Source: Candidatus Cloacimonadales bacterium
GTDB lineage: Bacteria > Cloacimonadota > Cloacimonadia > Cloacimonadales > JAIOQZ01
Direction: 5' to 3'
DNA: 64,000 nt
Assembly (NCBI GenBank): GCA_963665815.1
Contig: OY762463.1
Span: 864,001-928,000, forward strand
Below the pieces are notes generated by a model. The model saw nothing but the letters and a program-made list of their open reading frames with translations. It had not been told where the DNA came from and did no database searches. The position numbers were made by a program, and so were the translations under genes. Below, piece by piece: positions 8,697 through 18,218 of this stretch; position 1 is the first letter of the stretch; each line of letters begins with the position of its first letter.

Positions 8697-10601
8697 ATGA
8701 ATAAGATTTTCCTGAATCTTTTTAAACAGAAATATGCTGAAGATGAAGTTCAGATCAAAATTATTGATCACTGTATTTCGGCATTAGATATTATCTCAAA
8801 GAATAGCTCGAATTTTCATGAAGCTGTAAGTTTTATTAATTCAGGTGAAGAACTTTTAAACTCTGTTGATTCTTCTGTTAGTCCGAGATTCGAGATTCTA
8901 CTTCTGACCATCAAGAGTTCCTTGTACTCTAATCAAAAGGAAAGTGATAAAGGACTTTTATTGGCAAATCAGGCAATTGAAATTTCGCACAGGACAGGAC
9001 AGTTACCGGAAATACTTGTGAGACTGTTCAGTATAATGGGTATTCTTGAAATAAGGAGAAGCAACTGGGCAAAAGCACTTCAACACCTTAATGAAGCCTA
9101 TAAGACTCCGGTCTGTGAATTTAATCCTGAAGAATTCAAAATCATGCTGCTCAACAATATTGCAGGTATTTACAATCACCTTGGAGACTTTGAAACATCT
9201 GCAAACCTGATAAATAGACTAATGGAACATTACAAAGAAAATCAGAACTGGTTTCTGTATTGTAAGGCTTTGATGAATAAAGGTGTAATTCTTCACAAAA
9301 TGAATAATTTTCAGGAATCCCTTGATGCTTTTTATGAGGCAAAAACGATTTATGAAGAGAAGAATATTGATGATGATTCAGCTCTGGGATTGATATATAA
9401 CAATCTTGTCTCTGTGAAATTGAATCTTTTCCCTGATGAGACTGCAGAAGAAGAGCTTGCTGCTGCCTGGAACCTTGAGAATAAGTATGGAAAAACCCCT
9501 CACCATTTTGCTTTAAAAGCAAATACTATCAAATCTCTTGTTAGAAGGAAAGATTTCGATTCCGCAGAAAAGCTATATCATGAGGTTCTTGAATCAATCA
9601 GTGAAACGGATTATAATTATAGCCTTATTCTCAATGTTTCCTTACCTGCATTTAAAGAAAAGGAAGACTGGAAGAAGGTAGCTGAGATTCAGGAACAGCT
9701 GATAAAAATTAACGAAAAAAACTTTGGGAAACAACTTGTTGAACAACAGGCCAGATTTAAAGCTCTTTATGAATTTGAGCAATCTGAAAAAGAAAAGGAA
9801 ATATATCGTAATAAAAATATTGAGCTTGAAAAACTGAATATTAAACTATCTGAAGCTTACAATGAAATTACTGCTCAGAAAGATGGATTAGAGAATCTAA
9901 ACACTAAGCTCCAAAATATGATTGATACTAAAGACAGAATGTTTTCTGTAATTGCTCATGATGTTCGTAATCCATTCCAAAATCTTCTTACAACACTGGA
10001 AAGCCTGATTGAATATTATGATGATTTTACTGATATTGAGAAAAGAGATTATCTTTCAAAAAGTAATGAGATGCTGAGTAAACTTATTGATTTCTTTGAA
10101 AACCTACTTGAATGGGCTCGAATACAGACAGATACAATAAAAATGAATATAACAGATCTGGATTTAAGTAAAATGATCGATGATGAAATTTTCCTTCTTA
10201 AGCCTAAGGCAGATGCAAAGAGAATTGATATATTGCATAATTACAATAAAAATATTATGATAAAAGCTGATAAGCAAATGATGCACTCAATTATGAGAAA
10301 TCTAATTAATAACGCAATTAAGTTTTCGAATCCTGATTCCAGATTCGAGATATATGCTGGAATTTCAGATAACTATACAAATATAAAAGTAATTGATCAA
10401 GGTATTGGTATATCTGAAGAAAGCATTAAAAAGATATTTGATCCTGATATTTTGTACTCTCAAAATGGTACTGACAAAGAAAGAGGTTTTGGGTTTGGTT
10501 TGGTATTAACTCAGGAGTTTGTAAAAAAACATAATGGTAAGTTAAACTGTGTCAGTTCTCCCGGTAAGGGAACAACTATGGAAATTAAAATTCCCAGTTG
10601 A
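8697..10601 (+). CDS. Soluble TPR-repeat histidine kinase, paralogue of 6534..8450
   Basis: Same architecture; shares KDRMFSVIAHDVRNPFQNLLTTLESL; start at ATG 8697 after AGGAG. Confidence 0.92.
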   Translation: MNKIFLNLFKQKYAEDEVQIKIIDHCISALDIISKNSSNFHEAVSFINSGEELLNSVDSSVSPRFEILLLTIKSSLYSNQKESDKGLLLANQAIEISHRTGQLPEILVRLFSIMGILEIRRSNWAKALQHLNEAYKTPVCEFNPEEFKIMLLNNIAGIYNHLGDFETSANLINRLMEHYKENQNWFLYCKALMNKGVILHKMNNFQESLDAFYEAKTIYEEKNIDDDSALGLIYNNLVSVKLNLFPDETAEEELAAAWNLENKYGKTPHHFALKANTIKSLVRRKDFDSAEKLYHEVLESISETDYNYSLILNVSLPAFKEKEDWKKVAEIQEQLIKINEKNFGKQLVEQQARFKALYEFEQSEKEKEIYRNKNIELEKLNIKLSEAYNEITAQKDGLENLNTKLQNMIDTKDRMFSVIAHDVRNPFQNLLTTLESLIEYYDDFTDIEKRDYLSKSNEMLSKLIDFFENLLEWARIQTDTIKMNITDLDLSKMIDDEIFLLKPKADAKRIDILHNYNKNIMIKADKQMMHSIMRNLINNAIKFSNPDSRFEIYAGISDNYTNIKVIDQGIGISEESIKKIFDPDILYSQNGTDKERGFGFGLVLTQEFVKKHNGKLNCVSSPGKGTTMEIKIPS

Positions 10602-10644
10602 CTTTTTGTTATCAGTTGAGAATTAAGAAAGAAAAGGAACTAAT

Positions 10645-11484
10645 TTGAAAAAGCAGTTATTTATATCCGATCTTGATCATACATTATTGAATGATGATGG
10701 AAAACTTTCCGAGTTTTCCAGAAATACTCTGAATAATCTTATATCCTATGGACTTAACTTCACCATAGCAAGTGCCAGAAGTTATTCTTCTATCATGCAA
10801 ATACTGGATGGATTGAACCTGCAGCTTCCAATAATAGAATTTAATGGTTCTTTTGTTACCGATTTTGATACAGGAAAGCATGTATATGTGAATGCAATAG
10901 ATGATGATGTTGCAGCTGAAGTACTTAGAATTTGTCATGAAATGAAACATCCTGTTTTTGTTTCTTCTTATGATGGAGAAAATGACCTTCTGTTTTATCC
11001 TGAATCCAATCTATCAGGTGTAAAGTGGTATGTTAACAACCGAATTGAAAACAAAGATAATAGACTCAGGGAGATGATCCCGGATGAAGAGCTACTTAAA
11101 CTGCATACGATCTGTTTCAGTATCATTAATACTGAAGAAGATTTATCAGAAATATATGAGGTTCTTAAGACAAAGTTCGCAGACAATATGGAAGTTCATC
11201 TTATTGAAAATCCATACAGTCCTGGTAATGCCTGGCTTACTTGTCATCATTCAAGTTCCTCTAAAGATAAAGCTATTGAGCAATTAAAGAAATTGTGTAA
11301 TATGAATGATTTTGAGACTATTGTCTTCGGTGACAACATGAATGACCTGAAAATGATTGAAAATGCTGATACAGGCATTGCAGTTGGAAATGCTGTTCAG
11401 GTAATCAAGGATGTTGCTGATAATATAATAGATACAAACAGCAATGACAGTGTTGTTAAATACATAATAAAAAACGCGAAATAG
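10645..11484 (+). CDS. Cof-type HAD-IIB hydrolase
   Basis: SDLDHTLL, ASAR and FGDNMND motifs; TTG start after AAGGA. Confidence 0.92.
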   Translation: MKKQLFISDLDHTLLNDDGKLSEFSRNTLNNLISYGLNFTIASARSYSSIMQILDGLNLQLPIIEFNGSFVTDFDTGKHVYVNAIDDDVAAEVLRICHEMKHPVFVSSYDGENDLLFYPESNLSGVKWYVNNRIENKDNRLREMIPDEELLKLHTICFSIINTEEDLSEIYEVLKTKFADNMEVHLIENPYSPGNAWLTCHHSSSSKDKAIEQLKKLCNMNDFETIVFGDNMNDLKMIENADTGIAVGNAVQVIKDVADNIIDTNSNDSVVKYIIKNAK

Positions 11485-11510
11485 CATTATTCAGTTAATT
11501 GGAGATTACT

Positions 11511-12677
11511 ATGAAGTTGAGAGTGTTAATAATTTTCTTGATGTTCCTTGCATTTTATGTCCATGCAGAAGATGGTTATTTCATGTCAATGAAACAGAAA
11601 AAAGAGTTGATTCTTCATGGCAAAGTTACAGAAGATCACCATTTGTACAATATCTTAGTTTGTCCAGGATATGTACCTCCTGTGAAGAATGCTGCAACGA
11701 ACAACAAAAAAGCCATTAAAGCCTTAGGAGAGTATTTCAAGAAAAAGAAGTATCAGGATTGTAAAAATGCTTTTAAGAGATCAAATAAATTTGCTTTCAA
11801 AGATGTTTTATGGAAGTTCACAATAAAAGATGGGGCAAAAAAGTGGAAGACTAACTTTGAAAAAGCACATATTGCATCTGATAAAAAAGTTGCCGGTCAC
11901 ATGTTTGCTTATCCATGGGCAATTCTCAAAAGCACATTTGACAATGCATTCAGAATTCCCTGGGGATTAGCTGAGTTCGGAGTAGTATCATTTGCAAATT
12001 CTTTTATTCCAGTATATTATGGCACTAACTCTACAATAAAGGCAGCATACTATTTTGGAATTCAAGGTACAACATATCCTGTTATGCAGTTGGGATGGAA
12101 CACATTAACAGCAACACCGATTTCTTTGATTTCTCAGAAACCTTCTGAAGACAGATATGATGGATTCTGGGTGCAGTGTCTCGGTAATGTCGATGTGGAC
12201 TACATAAACGATCCTGAAGATGTTAAAAAGGTAATGCTGAGTGTCATTGATTCCCTGATCATTGAGAACTCCGAGTATTTTGCTGATAGAATAAAATGCC
12301 GCGAAGATTTTCGTGTAAAATATAATTCCTTAAAAGCCAAAATGGATTCTCTGAAAAAAGAAAATGAATTTAATCTCAGGGAAATTGACAAGAAGATCGA
12401 AATTTCTGTAAACTCATCATTGGATTCATTAAGAAACAATCCTGATTCAGATTATGGGAATTGTATTTTTCAAGAAAAACAACGGTTGAGAACGTCAAAT
12501 TTCAAATGGGAATTAAAAGGGAATGACAGGTCAAACTTTATTGTTTTGTATAACATCATTGTCAAAGATTTTGATAAAAAGAACGAAAATGTAAATGAAG
12601 AGGAAAATACCGAGCCCGTCAAAGAAGCAGTTAAAGCCTTTGAGGAAGTAGACAAGACAGATCCATTGAAGTTTTAG
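11511..12677 (+). CDS. Hypothetical exported protein
   Basis: Long ORF, GGAG RBS, signal peptide MKLRVLIIFLMFLAFYVHA. Confidence 0.75.
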   Translation: MKLRVLIIFLMFLAFYVHAEDGYFMSMKQKKELILHGKVTEDHHLYNILVCPGYVPPVKNAATNNKKAIKALGEYFKKKKYQDCKNAFKRSNKFAFKDVLWKFTIKDGAKKWKTNFEKAHIASDKKVAGHMFAYPWAILKSTFDNAFRIPWGLAEFGVVSFANSFIPVYYGTNSTIKAAYYFGIQGTTYPVMQLGWNTLTATPISLISQKPSEDRYDGFWVQCLGNVDVDYINDPEDVKKVMLSVIDSLIIENSEYFADRIKCREDFRVKYNSLKAKMDSLKKENEFNLREIDKKIEISVNSSLDSLRNNPDSDYGNCIFQEKQRLRTSNFKWELKGNDRSNFIVLYNIIVKDFDKKNENVNEEENTEPVKEAVKAFEEVDKTDPLKF

Positions 12678-12708
12678 TTTCAGAAGAACTCCCTTACACT
12701 GAAGGCAA

Positions 12709-13374
12709 TTACTTTATCATCTTGAAGTTCTTCCTGATATAACTTTTGCTGAATCCGTTAAAATGCCACCATTCATGTTTAAGTGGTTTGAAACCGGCCT
12801 GAGTCATCACACGTTTCAAGAGCTCTCTGTTGCCTTTCTGTTTGTCAGATAGTTTTCTCAATTTACTCCAACCGTAGGAGAACATAACACCGGTTTTGGT
12901 TCTGTAAAAGGGATTAAATCCCATATCAAGCAACTTGCCGTTTGAATCAATAATTGTAATATCAACAGCCGCTCCGTAATTGTGCATTGAACCGGTATTG
13001 GGATTTGCAACAAATACTTCGAATTCTGTTCCTCTTACTTGTTCGAACATTACTCTGGATACAGAGTTAGGTCGTGCAGCATCCATAATGAGAAGACTGT
13101 AATTCGGATGATCTTTTTTAAGAAGTTTTTGTGCAACTGCAAGCTTCTCAGCAACAGGTTTTTGTAAGTATGCCTTCTTCATGTTACCGTAAAAATTATG
13201 TCTGAAGACATTCCATTTTTCGTTTGAGTTGACCAACTTTACATGTATTGATTTATCATACATTGATACATTAACAAGCCCTGCATCAATAAAAGTCTGT
13301 TCAACTTCCCCTACAACCGCAAAAGCTAATTGGACTGAGATGTATAAAATCAGCAGTAACAATCTTTTTTGCAT
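12709..13374 (-). CDS. M15D D-Ala-D-Ala dipeptidase (VanX/DdpX-like), with signal peptide
   Basis: DAARP, SMHNYGAAVD and EWWHF motifs. Confidence 0.9.
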   Translation of the reverse strand: MQKRLLLLILYISVQLAFAVVGEVEQTFIDAGLVNVSMYDKSIHVKLVNSNEKWNVFRHNFYGNMKKAYLQKPVAEKLAVAQKLLKKDHPNYSLLIMDAARPNSVSRVMFEQVRGTEFEVFVANPNTGSMHNYGAAVDITIIDSNGKLLDMGFNPFYRTKTGVMFSYGWSKLRKLSDKQKGNRELLKRVMTQAGFKPLKHEWWHFNGFSKSYIRKNFKMIK

Positions 13375-13383
13375 TATCAAAAT

Positions 13384-14559
13384 TTATTCAAACAAACTTT
13401 TAAGAGATTCTGAGTATGATTTGTAGTTGTAGACTTCCATTCCCATCTGGTAAGCATTCTTACTTATCTGTTCAATTTTTTCAGGATTATCAATAGCATA
13501 CTGCATTTTCTCTGCAAACATGTTCACATCGTATTTTTTAGCCAGAAGTGCTGTTTCACCATCTTTGAACTGAAGCTTAACTTCTCCTTCATTTGTGGAA
13601 ATTATTGCCCTTCCTGCAGCAACATATTCACTGATCTTATGTGGGTACCTTGCAATATCCTGAATTGTGTGCCTTATAGGGATAAGTAGGGCATAAGCAT
13701 TAACGTATTTCTGCACGAGTTCTTCATAAGGGATATCATAGCAATGTTTAATCAGGTCTTTCTTTGGATGCCTGTCTATTCTGTACTGTAGTTTCTTAAT
13801 TAGTTTTTTAGAGCCTCCACTAATTAAAAACAGCTTTGTAGAATCATCATTAACCTTTTCGTAAGAATCCAGAATAAACTCTATCAATTCCCAGTATGAA
13901 ATTGCTCCACAGAAAAGAAAGTACTTATCTTTTGAATTTCTTTTGAACCTCTTGAATGTAACAAAATCACAAATAGGAGTGACTTTAAGATACTTGCGAC
14001 CAGGAGCATATTCCTTAAGAACACCAATAAGATACTCACTTATAGGCATAACTACGTCAACAATTTTGAAAGCAAACTTATGATACATTGCTATGCTGAA
14101 ACGGTGTAAAACTGTATCATTACCTTCCAGTTCTATTGATCTGTGCTCCACATAATTCAAAACAGTTTTAACATTGAGCATTTTCAAAATAAAGCTATAA
14201 AGTAATATCCACTTGAAACTCCTTGCAGAGATTATTGCTCCGTCCAGTCTATTCTGCTGTTTCAATTTACACAAATAGCTGATTTCGCCAAATAATCCTT
14301 TAACTGAGTCAATTACGTTACTTATTTTGCCGGTAGGTCTTACTGAAGTTCCAGTAGTATAAATATAGTCAATTCCTTCGAAACTCCCCTCTGCAGGAAT
14401 TCTATCCGAATTCTTTAGAACAGACTTCCTGTTGATTACCTTTACATTACATCCTGCAAGTATCAATGATTTTGAAACCATTATCATTTTCTGAACTTCT
14501 GCATAGCCTAAAGGGAATCCACTATAACCCAGATAGACTATATGCTTTTTATTAATCAT
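13384..14559 (-). CDS. Glycosyltransferase family 4
   Basis: GT-B fold motif PHKISEYVAAGRAIIS. Confidence 0.9.
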   Translation of the reverse strand: MINKKHIVYLGYSGFPLGYAEVQKMIMVSKSLILAGCNVKVINRKSVLKNSDRIPAEGSFEGIDYIYTTGTSVRPTGKISNVIDSVKGLFGEISYLCKLKQQNRLDGAIISARSFKWILLYSFILKMLNVKTVLNYVEHRSIELEGNDTVLHRFSIAMYHKFAFKIVDVVMPISEYLIGVLKEYAPGRKYLKVTPICDFVTFKRFKRNSKDKYFLFCGAISYWELIEFILDSYEKVNDDSTKLFLISGGSKKLIKKLQYRIDRHPKKDLIKHCYDIPYEELVQKYVNAYALLIPIRHTIQDIARYPHKISEYVAAGRAIISTNEGEVKLQFKDGETALLAKKYDVNMFAEKMQYAIDNPEKIEQISKNAYQMGMEVYNYKSYSESLKSLFE

Positions 14560-14574
14560 TGTGTTTCCTTTGCG

Positions 14575-14615
14575 AAAAACAGCGAATTCTATAAAAATTT
14601 ATAGAATTCGCTTTT
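14575..14615 (-). terminator. Hairpin / intrinsic terminator
   Basis: GCGAATTCTATAAA / TTTATAGAATTCGC stem with flanking T/A tracts. Confidence 0.6.
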
Positions 14616-14646
14616 ATGTTATATATTTTTGTTGTTATTTGAATAT

Positions 14647-15597
14647 CTATTGACGCTGATCAGCTTCCACTTTATTATCAATATACCAGTTAATTGTCTT
14701 CTCCAGACCTTCTTTAAGAGTGTAAGGAGAATACTCAGGATAAAGAGATCTCAGTTTCTTTCCGCTGAGAACTTTTCTTGCAACACCATTAGGTTTTGTA
14801 GGATCCCATTTTATTTTACTTTTATCCAGTCCGGCAATATCAGCAATAAGATTTGAAAGATCAAAGATTGAAGTCTCTTCCCCGTTAACATTCACAGGCT
14901 CAAGATCATGCTCAAACTTAATACTCTGAATAATTACATCTGCGGCATCTTTCACGTATACAAATTCACGAATTGGTTCACCTGTTCCCCATGCGTTAAC
15001 AAAACCATCATTCTGCTGTGCTTCTACGACTTTTTTAATCAGTGCAGAAATAACATGACTTCTCTTTTCATTAAAAACGTCATGCTCACCATACAGGTTT
15101 GTCAAAACAATCTGGTTTGATTCGATTGCATATTGTTTAAAATAAGCTTTTTGTAAAACAAGATGAATTCTTTTAGTAAATCCATAAGCTTCAACAGAAT
15201 CATGACATCTTCCATTGAACATATCAACTTCTTTCAATTCATCATGTATGTGTCCCGGATAACTGCATGCACTTCCAACGGAAACAATTTTCTTTACTTT
15301 CCATTCTGCAGCAGCTCTGAATATATTAAGAGCCATTCTTGCGTTTCTGTCAATAAGTCCGACAGGATCACTCATATTAATCCCGATTCCGCCATAATAT
15401 GCAGCTGAATGAATAACACAATCAATTGCTATACCTTTTTCATTCAGACCGGCAAAATACTCAGAAACACCTTCGTTTGTTTCAAGATTGAACTCCTTAG
15501 ATCTTGGTGCAAAAACATTGTAACCTTTTTCTTCTGCTGAGGTTACAAGCTGACGTCCAAGAAATCCTGAACCACCAGTAATAAGAACATTCTTCAT
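14647..15597 (-). CDS. GDP-L-fucose synthase-like NAD-dependent epimerase/reductase
   Basis: TGGSGFLG, GGIG, SACSYP, YGFTK, SHVI and WGTGEPIREF motifs. Confidence 0.88.
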   Translation of the reverse strand: MKNVLITGGSGFLGRQLVTSAEEKGYNVFAPRSKEFNLETNEGVSEYFAGLNEKGIAIDCVIHSAAYYGGIGINMSDPVGLIDRNARMALNIFRAAAEWKVKKIVSVGSACSYPGHIHDELKEVDMFNGRCHDSVEAYGFTKRIHLVLQKAYFKQYAIESNQIVLTNLYGEHDVFNEKRSHVISALIKKVVEAQQNDGFVNAWGTGEPIREFVYVKDAADVIIQSIKFEHDLEPVNVNGEETSIFDLSNLIADIAGLDKSKIKWDPTKPNGVARKVLSGKKLRSLYPEYSPYTLKEGLEKTINWYIDNKVEADQRQ

Positions 15598-16517
15598 TAA
15601 GCATTTCTCCATTCATTATAAATTGTTAAATACTTAAGTACTTTCACAAGTTCATCCATACCTTCATGAATTGAGGTTTTAGCCTGATAACCGAGATCTT
15701 TAATTTTCTTGTATGAAACTTCATAGTCTCTCTTGTCAAGATCTTCACCAATAGCAGCTTCATGCAGATAATAATCAACTTTAGTTTTAATAAGATCTGC
15801 GATATCTTTCTTAGTGAAGTTCATGCTTTCATCACCTACATTGAAAGCCTGACCACTCATTTTGTCATAGTTTTCAATAGTAAACTCAATACTTCTTACA
15901 GCATCACTGACATGAAGGAATGTTCTTCTGAATGAGCTTTCATAAAGTACAATTTGTCTGCTGTGAAGAGCCTGATGAATGAAGTCATTCACGAGAAGGT
16001 CAAGTCTGATTCGTGGAGAAACCCCAAACACTGTTGCAAACCTGAGACCAACACCATTAGCTCCAAGTACTAACTTTTCAGCTTCGGCTTTTGTTGATCC
16101 ATAGAGCGTTAATGGAGCAATTGGAGTATTTTCATCACAAATACCATCAACTTTTCCATATGTGGAACCGGTTGATGCAAAAATCATTCTCTGTCCTTCA
16201 GTTAAACCTTCAACAATGTTTCTTGTGCCTTCAACATTAATTGTTGTTGCTCTATGTGGATCTGCAGCACATGCAGGATATCCAACGATTGCTGCAAGAT
16301 GAACTACAATATCAACTCCCTTCATAGCTTCCTGAATTTTTTTTCGATCTCTTACATCACCTTTTACAATTGTTAAATTTTTGTTACTAACAAAGTGAAG
16401 AATTGATCTAAGCCCAAATGAGAAATTATCATAAAGAATGACTTCATGGTTGCTTAAAAGTTTTGGTAATAAAAGTGAGCCAATATATCCACTTCCGCCT
16501 GTTACGAGTATCTTCAT
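15597..16517 (-). CDS. NAD-dependent epimerase/dehydratase
   Basis: TGGSGYIG, HLAAIVG, YGSTK and RFATVFG motifs. Confidence 0.92.
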   Translation of the reverse strand: MKILVTGGSGYIGSLLLPKLLSNHEVILYDNFSFGLRSILHFVSNKNLTIVKGDVRDRKKIQEAMKGVDIVVHLAAIVGYPACAADPHRATTINVEGTRNIVEGLTEGQRMIFASTGSTYGKVDGICDENTPIAPLTLYGSTKAEAEKLVLGANGVGLRFATVFGVSPRIRLDLLVNDFIHQALHSRQIVLYESSFRRTFLHVSDAVRSIEFTIENYDKMSGQAFNVGDESMNFTKKDIADLIKTKVDYYLHEAAIGEDLDKRDYEVSYKKIKDLGYQAKTSIHEGMDELVKVLKYLTIYNEWRNA

Positions 16518-16831
16518 AGTTTCCTCCAGTTATGATTCTATGACATTATTCATGTATATTTTTATTTTTGTAACACTAATGTATTTACAATGTGCAAAAA
16601 AAAGGAGATTTTACTATAAAGTCAACAAAAAAAGTCATTATTATCTTATATATATAATATCATTTACAAAATACGTGCTTAATTGATGTATTTCCCTGAA
16701 GTATGTCACTACATTTCCAGTTTAAACATATCAATTATCCAAGATATACGTTAATCATTGCTTAAACATTGCCACTAAATGATTATGAAGTGTTTTATCC
16801 ACGAGATGATTTCAGTTACTATAAAAAAAAT

Positions 16832-16858
16832 TAAAGTAGTATTACTATTATCCGATAA
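16832..16858 (+). promoter_or_regulatory. Sigma28 (FliA)-type promoter
   Basis: TAAA-N15-TCCGATAA versus consensus TAAA-N15-GCCGATAA, 46 bp before ATG 16905. Confidence 0.7.
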
Positions 16859-16904
16859 TATACCAGTTCTTTGAAACATTCGTGATTCTGACAAAGGAGG
16901 ATGG

Positions 16905-17372
16905 ATGACAATCCAAAGAGAGTTAAGCTTTTTAAAAGGCTTGGCGACTCATTCTTCTGCTCTTCAGAAGAGTTCCACCCCAGGAATAAGGAGCGTCTCA
17001 TCGATCAAACACAAGCAGAAGAAACAAGCCGAAAATGATCGGCGAGATGAGCAAGACAGGGATGTCAGAAGCACGGAATTCAATGGTACGGAGTCAGCTT
17101 TTTTAAATAATGATTCGATGCCGTTGGATGGAACCCCTAAGGAATTGACAGATTACTCCAAAGGGGATAAAACTCCACCAATGGAAATTTTAAAGGCTGA
17201 GGACCCCCAGCACGCACACCGGTCCTCAGATCCTTTAAACAGAAGAAACAGATTTGAAAACAAAACAGCTTCCGTATCTAAATCTGGAAATCCGGAAAGT
17301 GCAATCATAAAGTTTAAAGCTACTGATGAATCTGACCATGCCAAGGACAACCAGGTTGATATCACTATTTAA
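16905..17372 (+). CDS. Hypothetical polar, probably disordered protein
   Basis: AAGGAGG RBS, upstream promoter and downstream terminator; ends QVDITI. Confidence 0.8.
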   Translation: MTIQRELSFLKGLATHSSALQKSSTPGIRSVSSIKHKQKKQAENDRRDEQDRDVRSTEFNGTESAFLNNDSMPLDGTPKELTDYSKGDKTPPMEILKAEDPQHAHRSSDPLNRRNRFENKTASVSKSGNPESAIIKFKATDESDHAKDNQVDITI

Positions 17373-17399
17373 AAAAGCCATGTCTCATGGCTTTTTTTT
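17371..17399 (+). terminator. Intrinsic terminator (possibly bidirectional)
   Basis: AAAAAAGCCATG-TCT-CATGGCTTTTTTTT. Confidence 0.8.
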
Positions 17400-17404
17400 A
17401 TGCT

Positions 17405-17434
17405 AAAAAAAAAGGCTGCCCTAATTGACAGCCT
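17405..17434 (-). terminator. Intrinsic terminator of the ACP-like genes
   Basis: Minus strand AGGCTGTC-AATTAG-GGCAGCCT followed by a T run. Confidence 0.7.
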
Positions 17435-17451
17435 GATATTATAGTTAAACC

Positions 17452-17745
17452 CTACATCTTTTTCGAAATGTAAGAAATTGCACTACCTACCGTAGTAATC
17501 ATCATTGCATCCTCATCCGGAATCTCAATATCAAAGATAGTTTCCAGATTATCCATTATCTGCCTTACTTCTGCCCAGCTTGCTCCAAGATCAGAATAAT
17601 AATTCTGAGATGGAGTAATCCTGCTCTGGTCAATATTAAGAACAATAGAAGTCTGCTTAATAACCATATACTCAATATCCACAGCTGCTAATGTTCCAGT
17701 TAATAAAAGCAATGCGAAAATGATCATTACAAGTTTGGTCTTCAT
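17452..17745 (-). CDS. Exported acyl-carrier-protein-like protein lacking the Ppant serine
   Basis: Signal peptide MKTKLVMIIFALLLLTGTLAA, then DLGASWAE...FDIEIPDEDA..ITTV; AAGGAG RBS. Confidence 0.85.
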   Translation of the reverse strand: MKTKLVMIIFALLLLTGTLAAVDIEYMVIKQTSIVLNIDQSRITPSQNYYSDLGASWAEVRQIMDNLETIFDIEIPDEDAMMITTVGSAISYISKKM

Positions 17746-17782
17746 AGTTTCTCCTTTTATTTAAGTTATAAAACTCAGCTTG

Positions 17783-18073
17783 TTAATCTTTGGCAAGATA
17801 TGCACTTACATTACCAACAGTTGTTAAATTTTCGGCTTCTTCATCCGGAATATCAATCTCAAAAATCTCGGCAAGTTCATCAATAATCTTCAGTCTTTGA
17901 AAATTGGTTGCACCAAGATCAAATATGAAATGATCTGACTTATCAATATTATTTGGATCAAGATTCAAATGTTCTGCAGTAACATCTTTGACTACCTGCA
18001 GTTCATCCACAGCAGATAAAGAACCCAAAACTAGTACAGCAAACATTATAAACATGAGTAATTTTGTTTTCAT
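17783..18073 (-). CDS. Exported acyl-carrier-protein-like protein lacking the Ppant serine (paralogue)
   Basis: ATG 18073 after AAGGAG; signal peptide MKTKLLMFIMFAVLVLGSLSA, then DLGATNFQ...FEIDIPDEEAENLTTV. Confidence 0.85.
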   Translation of the reverse strand: MKTKLLMFIMFAVLVLGSLSAVDELQVVKDVTAEHLNLDPNNIDKSDHFIFDLGATNFQRLKIIDELAEIFEIDIPDEEAENLTTVGNVSAYLAKD

Positions 18074-18218
18074 ATACTTCTCCTTACTTTGATGTAATAA
18101 TTCCATAACTATATTTCCACTTGTCAATTTTTTTAATCTCTCCGGCATTGAATAATGATTTCAGTTTCAGAAATTATTTTTCTTGTTAAGAAAATTATAA
18201 TTTACCAACATTGTCTTT

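Noticed and set aside
12709-13374. Vancomycin resistance locus (vanX with ddl)
   Set aside because: No vanH/vanA/vanRS context; ddl is 23 kb away and has the YDY..KY loop of D-Ala-D-Ala ligases
17783-18148. 121-aa version of the ACP-like ORF, and calling the pair acpP
   Set aside because: The RBS and the paralogue support ATG 18073; signal peptides and the missing Ser exclude a canonical AcpP
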